NCBI RefSeq assembly: GCF_000281045.1
Contig: NW_008246124.1
Location: 245,629 to 309,628, forward strand
Direction: 5' to 3'
DNA length: 64,000 bases
From: Saprolegnia diclina VS20
Taxonomy: Eukaryota
Numbering within the stretch: the stretch's first letter is position 1; the number at the start of each line of letters is the position of its first letter. This document shows positions 36,301 to 45,438 of the stretch, piece by piece. The translations under genes and the position numbers were made by a program. Below the pieces are notes generated by a model. It worked only from the letters and a program-made list of their open reading frames with translations, was not told where the DNA came from and did not search any database.

Positions 36301-38018
36301 ACAGTGCATCATTCGCGTGACCTTTGTGTGGTCGGCATCACGATCGCGATACCAGTGAGCACGCCGCCACCGCTGTCACTCGCATACACCCACGCGACCA
36401 CCGCCGTACTTGCCGTGACGTTCAGAGCCGTGGTTTGCACCAGAGCCGCCGGCAGCCCCTACGCAAATATCAAGAGACGCTCGATATGGCATAGCATCGT
36501 GTACTCCTTGCGCAGTCGTGGCTTGCAGCACATTGCTGCGCTCGGTGGTATTGCCGAGGCTCGTGAGCAGTTGTAGGGCAATCGCGTAAGTTGTCGACGC
36601 GTTGAGACCGGCGATCGTCGCCACAACGGCACCCGTCGTCGGGAAGAGCACCGTCGTAGCGCTGCCGACGATCGGGGTCGCCGTAACGTACACGCCGAGA
36701 GGTGTCGCGCCTTCCAAATCGTTGGGCAAGAGTACTTGCAGCGTGAGGCGAGATGCCTCCGCCGCCACGAGATACGCGCCGAGGGACCGACTGCTGGGCA
36801 CTTGGGCGGGCGGGATGGTGACGCGAAGCGCGTCGCTCCTGCGTGCAGAGTTGTCACTCGGACAGAGCGCGAGCTCGTTCATCGCGATGACTTGAATATC
36901 GTATGTCGTCTCTGGCACCCACGCTTGCCCCGGTGCCGACTCGTACAAGTAGGCATCGGTGATCGACGTGAACGCGGCCTCCATCATGGAGCCGTTGACG
37001 CCGACGTAGATGTGGTAGCCAAAGATATCCGAGCCACCTGCGCAGCCCAAGAGGAGTATCGTAACCCGATTCATTATAACAGTAGAGAGCGTACCCGTGT
37101 CGAGTGGCGGTGTCAAGCGCAGTTGAATAAGACCCGCTGCCAATAAGAATATATGAGATAGCAGACTACATTTGAAACACGCACCGGTGGCCGCCACGAG
37201 CACCGGCATCGGGCAGATGCTCGGGTACGTGACGTCGTTCGTTGTCACGACGAGGGGGTAGCTTGTCGGGCTTGTCCAGTTGCCGGCGTTTGTCAAGGTC
37301 ACCGAGATAAAGTACTCGGTGTTGGCAAACAGACTGTACACGGTCGCAGATTGCGGCCCCGATTGCTTGGTCACAGGTGCGAACGGCTCGAGGTCGACGG
37401 CGTCGGCGGTGACTTGCACCGCATACTCGATCGGACGCCCGCCCGTGTCTTTGGGGTAGAGAATGCTAATGTTGACGTACCCGCTGTCGACATGCAGCGC
37501 GACGGGTGCTGGCGGCGTCGCCGGCGCCGTCGCCGCCGTCGTCGTGGCCAAGAGGACGTTGGCCAAGTTGGTGTTGACCACGTCAACCACAACGACGATG
37601 TACGTCGCGTCGCAGACAAGGCCTTCGAGCGTATAGTCGCTCGTGATGCCGAACGCGTGCCCTGTCAGCGACCCGTTGACGTACACGAGGTACATCGAGT
37701 CGATCGTCGCCGGCGTAAACCTACCGGCGTTCAGCACCAAGAAGCTGAATGCAAGCAGTACCAATGGAAGGTCATGTGGCCGCCGCCGACGTCGAGGAGT
37801 GCCATTGGCGTCGCGTTCGCGTACTGGGACGGGAGCGCGTACGCCCCCGGCTTCGTGATCACATCACTTGCGTAATACGCGGAGCCGCTGCCAGCATCGT
37901 ACGAGTAGGAGCCACTGCTGCCGGTGTAGTACGAAGAAGAGGACGACGACGAAGCGTAGGCGACTGCAGTGAGGCACCACACAAGCACGGCGGCCGCGAC
38001 GAGCGCGAGTCGGGCCAT
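15305..38018 (-). CDS. Giant multi-exon surface receptor-like protein: signal peptide, many FN3 + 6 Calx-beta, CUB, EGF, Pmp-like beta-helix, Cys-rich domain, multi-pass TM region
   Basis: Continuous chain of minus-strand ORF fragments separated by short GT-AG introns. SP at 38018; FN3 signature (A/T)TGG..W..P.DTGG.PI..Y; Calx-beta V.R..G..G...V / F.DG; GGA(I/L/V)+FxxN repeats 18700-22900; CHPCPMGATC...LCSSCDPG; KLKILVSFFQI...EWP TM region. The single-gene model is inferred. Confidence 0.8.
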
Positions 38019-38353
38019 TCGCGCTGGAAAGGTTCTGAGCGTCAGGATCCTTCGATATTATAAGGACTAGGCGACCAATCAGAGGCGTCGCCAACGGTCG
38101 ACAGATTAGCGCCGACACTAGTTGCAATCTCCAGCGCGTCGTTCTGGCCGCTGCGGCAGTCAATAGCGCGTCGCTCTCGTGGCCAAATACGGTAGCACTG
38201 CTCGAGATGACGTGGCGCCACCGTGTCGGTGGGAGACGGCAAAGTCGGATTTTCAGCCAATCATAGCTCTTCTTTTCATGGATTGGCCAAAAAGATCCCG
38301 TCTCCAACCTTGGCTTGCATCGAGGCGGGAATGTATATACTTTTTGCATATTT

Positions 38354-41300
38354 CTAACTACTACGCGAGCCGACGATCGTATTGCTACTGCCGGCTGCCT
38401 TGGTCTCTTCCTTGACGATCGCGACAACGTCCGAGCCGTGGCTTTGCAGCGTCCGCTTGGCCTCGGCGCGGCTCGCGTGGCTGTCGGACGAGAAAGCAAA
38501 GCCGTTGTGGACGCCAGACCGCAGCATTTGACTCAAGCTCACGCGCTTCTTCTCGCCAACAGGGACCACCGTCGCCGCGTGCTTGGCCTGCGCGATCGCC
38601 GATTTCAACAAGAGCGCCGACGGCTCGCGCGGCGCGACACCCGTCCACGCCAAGAGCGACTCGTCCAGGTGCAGTTGGGCGACTTCCTTTGCGAGCTGGT
38701 TGTACTCGGGGCGCCACTCGGCCTTGGCGGCGTTCGTCACGTACGTCGGAAGGAGCAGCGAGACGGGTACGAGCAGCAGCACGAGCCAAAAGGCCGGTGT
38801 GCTCACGGTGACGCCCATCATGCCGCTGTAGTACCAGCCCGCGAGCTCGTCCCAGCTCGACGCGACAAACGCGACCGCGACCCAGAGCCCAACCGACCCA
38901 ATGTAGACAATGTAGTGCACTGGGTGCCACGCGTGCTGGAAGAGCGCGAGCTTGGCGTTCGCGAGCACGACGACGATCGTAAACACAATGTTGCCGAGGT
39001 ACCACATGGGCGGCGAGTCGGCAAAGACGCCGGCGTCCTGGAGGCCGTGCACCAGGAGCAGCGTGACACCGACCGACTCGGCGAGCGCCGACGCGATCCA
39101 TAGCGAAAACACCATCGGGTTCAAACAGCTGTTCTCGGGTCCGAGCATGTAGAGCTTGGGGAACCGCAGCGCCATGTCGTCGTGCACGTCCATGTCGAAG
39201 ATCGCGAGGAGGATGATCGGGCAGGCCGTGAAGACCACGTTGTAGATCTGGAAGCCAGTCTCGAGGTAGAATTTCTCACCCGAGAAGCCCGACATCCACG
39301 TGTACCAGAACTGCGCGGCCGTGAGCAGAATGTTCTTGTAAAACATGTAGACTACGAGCTGCGCCATGCGGAGGTAGCTCCACCGGCCGTGCACCAAGAG
39401 GAGTCGCTTGAGGAACCGAAAGCGCGCGATCGCGTAATCGCTCGCGTTGACGGCCTGGAGCCCTTCTTGCCCGGAAATGCCGATGCCGATGTGCGCAGCT
39501 TGGATCATTGGCACGTCGTTGGCGCCGTCGCCGATCGCGAGCGTCTTGACGCCGGGCACGTGGCACCGGATGAGGTCGACCATCTCGGCCTTCTGCGCCG
39601 GCGACACGCGGCACGCGATCACGGCCTTGCAGCCGCGCGCGAGCTGGAGGAGCGGGAGGCGGCAGCTGCCATGGAGCGCGACGAGGAGGCTCTCGCCGTC
39701 GATGACGAGCGCCGCGTCCTCGCCCTTGACGCGGTGCTCGAGCTGCCGGCGAAGTTCGCTCTCGGTCTCGGTCGCTGTCGGGCACCGCTCGGCATTGATT
39801 ATGATGCGCGTCATGCCATTATGGAGGAGGTTGCACGCAAAGCCAATGTTGATGGCCGTCTCTTCCTTGTCGCCGGTGAGCACCCAGATCTTGATGCCGG
39901 CGTCGGCCAGCGTCGCAATCGTGTCGGGCACGCCGGGCTGCAATTTGTCTTCGATCGCGGTCGCGCCAAGGAGCTCCAAGTTCGTCTCGAGCTCCTCCAT
40001 GCACGCATCAATCGCGTTCGGGGCTTCGCGCTTGCGCTTCTCGATCTCAGCCAAGTCGTTGAGGGCGACGTGGTAGCGCCGACGCCACGCCGCATAGTCA
40101 CCTTCGTCTAGTTCGCGCATGGCGATCGTGAGCGTGCGCAGCCCTTCTTCCGCAAACACGTTGATGTGCTGACTCGTCGTCGCTAGGAGCGCGGCGCCGG
40201 ACGCGTCCTTCTTGAGCCGCTCGAAAATGACCACGTCGGCGCCTTTTGTGAAGAGGAGCAGTTGCCCCGAGGGGTCCCGCACGACCGTCGACATGCGTTT
40301 GCGCGCCGAGTTGAACTCGAGCACGTCGAGGAGCTCGTACTGCAGCGTCTCAGCCTTGATGCGCAAGAAGGCCCGGCCCGGAATCCGGTTCATAAACTCG
40401 TAGCCGAAAAAGCCGGCGCCGGCCACGAGCGCCTGTTCGTCGGGCGATGACGCCGAGAGCGTCACCTCGTCCGAGCCTTCGCGACGCTCGGGGATGACTG
40501 TGTGGCACACGGCGAGGTGCAAGAAGAAATGGTGCAGTCGCGCCGCTTGGTCGGGCCCGGCCTCGCCGACCATGTGGTCGTAAATCTCGGGGCCGTCGTA
40601 GTTGACGTACGGAACCAACGGGCGCTTGACGCTGCTGGGCGGAGCTTCTGCCGGCACCGGTTGCCCAGCGCGGCGAAGGGCCGCAAGGCCAATCTCAGTC
40701 GTGCCTCGGCCGTACGCCGTGCCGCCGACCGAGCACTTGCGAAACTCCATCATGTTGCACGTGAGCGTGCCAGTTTTGTCGGAGAAGATGTAGCTCACTT
40801 GCCCGAGCTCCTCGTTGAGCGACATGGTGCGGACGAGCGCCGGCGTGTCCGTCTCGGCGTAGTACATGTGGATGTCCCACTGGATGAAGATGGCCTGGAT
40901 GTACTTGACCATCGACATGGACACGTAGAGCGAGATCGGCACGAACTGGTACATGAGCAGGAAAAAGTAGAAAAACATTGTCCACCAGTCGGCGACCGCG
41001 TCCGGCGCCGCCGGGTCAACGCCGGCGATGTACCACGCACTGTAGTTGGCGTCGTCCCAGAGAACGCTGCCGGTGGCGCCCAGCGCGCAGCAGAGGAGGA
41101 GCACAAGCACGAGCACGATGATGTAGCGGTTGATGGCTACGTCCATCGAGCTCATTTTCGAGGGGGTGGCCGAGTTGTTGCGCATGATCTTGGTGTCCTT
41201 GCCCGTGTTGAGGACTAGGCCGACGATCCACTCGGTGTTGCGCAGCGTGCACCCGCGCAAGAGCACGCTCTTGTACGGAATCGCCTCCTTCTTCATCTCG

Positions 41301-41977
41301 CTCTTCTCGTCCTCGTTGGTCTTCAGCGCCAAGACGCCCTGGAACGAGTTGATGGCGGCGTTCGGGTGCTCACAGTGCACGTGTCCGCGCAACCCAAGCA
41401 GCGCGGACGGGTCACCGCAGCTCGCCGAAGTGGCCTCCATCGCCTGCCGCACCTTCATGTTGGTCTCGCCGTCGAGCGACTTGGTTTCCACGTAGCAGAT
41501 GCCGGTCGGGGGCATGCCCGCCTGCTCGGCGACCGCGAGAATGAGCAAGTCGGCGGGCACCTGGTCGTGGTTGCGCAGCTTGACAAAGTCGCCGACGAGC
41601 ACGTGGCGCCACATTTTCGGACTAAAGGTCCCGGTCGTCGCGTCGAGCACGGCCGTGACACGGGCGTTGGCCACGTTGTCGGCGACGTGGCGCTTGTGGT
41701 CTTCGAGAACCGCAAAGACGGCGTCGACGAGCATGATAAAGAGGAGCGTCGGCGCCGTGGACGCCCGCCCGCCCGTGTTGCTGATGGACGGCACGAGCTG
41801 CATGAGCGAGACGACGAGAAAGTACGCGTTTGCGAGCTTTCGGAAGGTCTCGAGGAGGAACTTTGGCAGGAACGAGAGCAGCGTGTACTTGGACGAGACG
41901 ACAAAGTTGTCGCCAAACGCCACATGTGGCGGCGCGTGGAGCACGATCTCCCGGTACTCGGTCGCATGCGTTGCCAT
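38354..41977 (-). CDS. P4-type phospholipid flippase ATPase (Drs2/ATP8A-like), intronless
   Basis: SLDGETN, PISLYV, DKTGTLT, TGDKEETA, GDGAND, ten-TM layout, C-terminal GFAFS motif. Confidence 0.97.
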   Translation of the reverse strand: MATHATEYREIVLHAPPHVAFGDNFVVSSKYTLLSFLPKFLLETFRKLANAYFLVVSLMQLVPSISNTGGRASTAPTLLFIMLVDAVFAVLEDHKRHVADNVANARVTAVLDATTGTFSPKMWRHVLVGDFVKLRNHDQVPADLLILAVAEQAGMPPTGICYVETKSLDGETNMKVRQAMEATSASCGDPSALLGLRGHVHCEHPNAAINSFQGVLALKTNEDEKSEMKKEAIPYKSVLLRGCTLRNTEWIVGLVLNTGKDTKIMRNNSATPSKMSSMDVAINRYIIVLVLVLLLCCALGATGSVLWDDANYSAWYIAGVDPAAPDAVADWWTMFFYFFLLMYQFVPISLYVSMSMVKYIQAIFIQWDIHMYYAETDTPALVRTMSLNEELGQVSYIFSDKTGTLTCNMMEFRKCSVGGTAYGRGTTEIGLAALRRAGQPVPAEAPPSSVKRPLVPYVNYDGPEIYDHMVGEAGPDQAARLHHFFLHLAVCHTVIPERREGSDEVTLSASSPDEQALVAGAGFFGYEFMNRIPGRAFLRIKAETLQYELLDVLEFNSARKRMSTVVRDPSGQLLLFTKGADVVIFERLKKDASGAALLATTSQHINVFAEEGLRTLTIAMRELDEGDYAAWRRRYHVALNDLAEIEKRKREAPNAIDACMEELETNLELLGATAIEDKLQPGVPDTIATLADAGIKIWVLTGDKEETAINIGFACNLLHNGMTRIIINAERCPTATETESELRRQLEHRVKGEDAALVIDGESLLVALHGSCRLPLLQLARGCKAVIACRVSPAQKAEMVDLIRCHVPGVKTLAIGDGANDVPMIQAAHIGIGISGQEGLQAVNASDYAIARFRFLKRLLLVHGRWSYLRMAQLVVYMFYKNILLTAAQFWYTWMSGFSGEKFYLETGFQIYNVVFTACPIILLAIFDMDVHDDMALRFPKLYMLGPENSCLNPMVFSLWIASALAESVGVTLLLVHGLQDAGVFADSPPMWYLGNIVFTIVVVLANAKLALFQHAWHPVHYIVYIGSVGLWVAVAFVASSWDELAGWYYSGMMGVTVSTPAFWLVLLLVPVSLLLPTYVTNAAKAEWRPEYNQLAKEVAQLHLDESLLAWTGVAPREPSALLLKSAIAQAKHAATVVPVGEKKRVSLSQMLRSGVHNGFAFSSDSHASRAEAKRTLQSHGSDVVAIVKEETKAAGSSNTIVGSRSS

Positions 41978-42052
41978 TTCGACGGCGCCGAGTCTGGAAA
42001 TAGGCGCCGAAACCACACGGACGTTTTCACATTTCACATTCAGATTCACAAA

Positions 42053-44341
42053 TTATGACGAGTTGGCGAGTCGGGTCTGGACAATGCGGACGCGGACGTC
42101 GTTGGTGGCCGTGGCGTACGACACGAGGCACCACTGCAGCGGCTGCCGGTGCGCCATGAGGTGCGTGAGCCGCGCGTCGAGCGCCTCAGTCTCGGCGGCG
42201 GGGCGCCCAAAGAACATCTCCTACCAACTCTGTCGGTGGGCATGCAGATATATGCTGCAAACGATACCCCGTCGGCGCCAAAGAGGATGCCATCGACGCT
42301 TGCAGTGGCGTCTTGGAGCCGCAGGAGTCCCATGTAGACAGTTTGGTTGTTCATGCTAGCGCACCTCGTCATTCTCGAGTGAGCGCATCACCCACGTACC
42401 GTGTGGTAAACGCCGCCGCGGTCCGCGGGCTCACGTCGACAATCTCGGCCATGACGTGGGCCTTGCACGGTACCTAGAGACCATCAAGTCGACGACTGTA
42501 GCGTATTCGTGGGGGTACGGGCGTCGTCAGGAACGTCGCCAAGCTCACGCAGCTGAGCGCAGCGATCGCACGGGGCACCGTTGTCACGATCCGGTCGAGC
42601 GGCGGAAGGCGCGGCGGAGTCCTACGTGCACGTTGAGGCGCAGCACGCGTCAAATGGCGCCGAACGCAGGCGTCGGGTAGATCTCGAGCGACGACATGAC
42701 GCCAAAGTGGAGCACGAGCGAGTCGGTGGCCGTGACCTGAACACCGCGGAAGCGGCACCAGCGCCCGACCGCCGCCGCCGTCCAGCCCATCGTGTCCAGC
42801 GTGGCAAAGTGCGCGTGCACATGCACCTCGGCCGTCACGTGCATGCGGTCCGAGACGACCGCGACCGCCTACCTCTCGTCAGCTCTTTCCTCTCTCTTCG
42901 TTGAGAATCGCACCGGGTGGCCGGCGCGGAACGGCGACTCGACGAACGCGACGACGTCGACGTACGCGGCCGGGTAGACGTGACGCAAGGCGCGTGGCGG
43001 CCCGAAATGGTTGCGCGGACACGTCGTGTGGTCGGTCGGCAGCGTCGACGCGCCCCACTGCCTATACAACCACGCCTTGCCGTCACGGTCGACGCACCAC
43101 AAGTACAAACAGGAGAGCGATCGCGCGGGCCTTGTCGGACGGAAGGTACGTCACCGACTCGTACGTGTGCGTGAGGACCACCTCAGTGCTCGACCCGTCC
43201 GCCAGGCGGAAGACGACGAAGCGCGACGCCCGCGTGCTACGTTGGCGCGTCATCGATGACCGTAGCAACGACGTTGGTCGACGCACCATAGCGCGACGAG
43301 GACGCCGTTGTAGCGCGACAGTACGAGCTTGTGGAACCGAATGACGTCGCCGACCGCCTACACGCTGCGTCAACCGAGCGACGCGCCTACGACGTACGAG
43401 GATGCGCGGAAGGTGCGCGAGGTCCGGTGCAAAGACGTTGATGTACAGCGCCTGGGCGCGCTCGGGTCGGGACTCGTCGATGATCGCAAGCGTCATCTAC
43501 ACTGGTCGATGCAGCATCGACGGCGACCGACGACGCACCTCAAAGTCCATGCGACCGCGCGACGCCTGCTTGGGTGTCGTGTACGAAACGACGACGCCGT
43601 AGACGTCGGCCGTGCGCTCGCCGAGGGCTGCGAGCGGCGTGTACTGGTACTTGTCGCCGACGCGGAGTCGGCGCTTCTTCTACACACCCATTGCACGAAG
43701 CGGGCAAACGACGGTCGCGTACCGACGGCGCTACAACCGCGTGAGACGCAGGGAAGGAGGCGCAACGTACGGGGCGGCCGTGTCTCGGCGCGCAACGTGC
43801 AGAGACGCTCGTACGCGACTTGGTCCGAGTTGGGCGCGCGGATCGGCTCTTGGTAGCGCAGAAAGATGCTGCGACGCGGCGCGGGTTCGTCGTCGTTTTC
43901 GCTGTCGTCGTCGTCGTGGATGAAGAGACCGGCGGCCTCGAGAAGCTCGGGCGCGGCCACGACGACGCAGCTAAAGTCGGTGGCCTGCGACGCCGTCGAC
44001 GCCATCGAATCGGTCTCGACGTGGCCCTGAAACAAGCCGTCGCCAAAGAACCCGACGCGGTACTGCGCCCATGAGATAGAGATGGCGACGGTGCATCGTA
44101 CCTTCTTGAGGAAGCCAGCGACCTTGTCGGCCCAGTCGTCGTAGAGGTAGACGAGCGACCGGCGTGGCGGGACCTCGGCCAGCGGCGGGTGCAGCTCTTC
44201 GACCTCCATGGTCACGACGCGCGAGGCCACGCTAGCGCACGGACCACCGCCAATGTCAAAGGTCGCGTCGGCCAGCGGCAGCGGTCGGCGCGGCCACACG
44301 CAGAGCACGACCGTCTCCTGGAGCCAGGCGTCGGCGCCCAT
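42053..44341 (-). CDS. POT1: POT1 telomere ssDNA-binding protein with ~180 aa N-terminal extension (many short introns)
   Basis: Manual splicing gives OB1 YQYTPLAAL..DVYGVVV..LAIIDES..INVFAPDLAHLP..GDVIRFHKL, OB2 VGRWCRFRGV, and C-terminal OB LRLQDATASVDGILF..FF..LQWCLVSY..RIVQTRL; stop TAA at 42053-42055. Confidence 0.88.
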
Positions 44342-44459
44342 ATTGCAATCTCGCGTCCTTGTTCGAAGAATTGGTTTCGGACCTTTTCGGAAATATCCTT
44401 GTCTCGAGGCAATAAAGCCTTATTGTACAATGTCTAATTAGGTATTTGGACAGTGCTTG

Positions 44460-45284
44460 CTATTGCTGTGCCTGGAGCAGCATCGAGAAGCCGTTGCGGA
44501 GCTTCTGGAGCGTCATGTCCGAGTCGGCTTGGACGTCGAGCGTCGAGTTGTCTGCCTGGAGGAGCGAGAGGAACGCGCCGGTGGGCCCGACGCCGGTCGT
44601 GACGCCGACAACGTCCCGCATTGCGACCGACGACGTCTTGCGCAGCAGGCCGTGCGGCTTGGTCCATGTGAGCAGCGTCAGGTCGTGCGAGAGCGCAAAG
44701 ATGCGGGGCGACTTCTTTCCGTTGGACTTGAGCTTGAAGAGGCCGACGCCGTCGAGGAGGCTGCGCACAAACTCGAGGTACTCGTGCTCGCGGATCGCGT
44801 CGTCGCCCAGCGTCTCGTAGCTCACGTCGGCCGCGCGGAGCTCGGCGCGCCGGTCCTTCTTGCGCGCTACGTTGACGCGCTTGACGTGGACGTCGGCCGC
44901 TGCGCTGTGCCGGCGCGGCGACGGCGGCGCTTTGGCCGGCACCGCGGTCGACAAGGACGCGATAAAGTCATAGTCGTCGGTGTCGATGCGTGGCACGTCG
45001 TCGACCTCGGTCGTCAAGGCCGTCGACACCGGCGCGTACGGGTCGAGGAGGTGCTGGTGAACGCCGACGGCCGCCAGCGTGGGCACGGTGGTCGCCGGTG
45101 CCAATGGCTTGGGCGGGCGCTTGCGCTTGGTCGCCGGCGCCTTGACGTACTGGGTCGTGCTCACGGGCACGAGCAGCAGCAGCAAGACGAAGAGCAGCAA
45201 GAGCACCGAGAAGGCGATCGTGATAAAGTGGCAGACGCTCGTGCACTGGAACGTCGTCCCGTACGCCGTCTCGAACCGCTCCAT
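44460..45284 (-). CDS. Single-pass membrane protein with C-terminal PH-like domain
   Basis: Hydrophobic IAFSVLLLLFVLLLLLV; LLDGVGLFKLKSNGKKSPRIFALS..LTWTK..TLDVQA..LRNGFSMLL resembles PLC-type PH domains. Confidence 0.75.
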   Translation of the reverse strand: MERFETAYGTTFQCTSVCHFITIAFSVLLLLFVLLLLLVPVSTTQYVKAPATKRKRPPKPLAPATTVPTLAAVGVHQHLLDPYAPVSTALTTEVDDVPRIDTDDYDFIASLSTAVPAKAPPSPRRHSAAADVHVKRVNVARKKDRRAELRAADVSYETLGDDAIREHEYLEFVRSLLDGVGLFKLKSNGKKSPRIFALSHDLTLLTWTKPHGLLRKTSSVAMRDVVGVTTGVGPTGAFLSLLQADNSTLDVQADSDMTLQKLRNGFSMLLQAQQ

Positions 45285-45300
45285 ATCCAAAACCCAAGTC

Positions 45301-45423
45301 CTCAAAAACGGCCACGCTCAACTCAAAACGGCCCAGCTCAGCTCAATACGGCCCCGCTCAGCCCAAAACTCAAAAACCGACCCAATAAAACTCAAAAACG
45401 ACCCTGTCAAACTCAAAAGTGCC
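45301..45423. repeat. Degenerate ~20-bp tandem repeat with CTCAAAA(A)CG core
   Basis: About 6 imperfect units filling the intergenic spacer. Confidence 0.75.
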
Positions 45424-45438
45424 AAAATCCAGTCCATT

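Noticed and set aside
45301..45423. CRISPR-like repeat-spacer array (also considered for 6229-6390)
   Set aside because: Degenerate tandem units without unique spacers, no cas genes, eukaryotic context.
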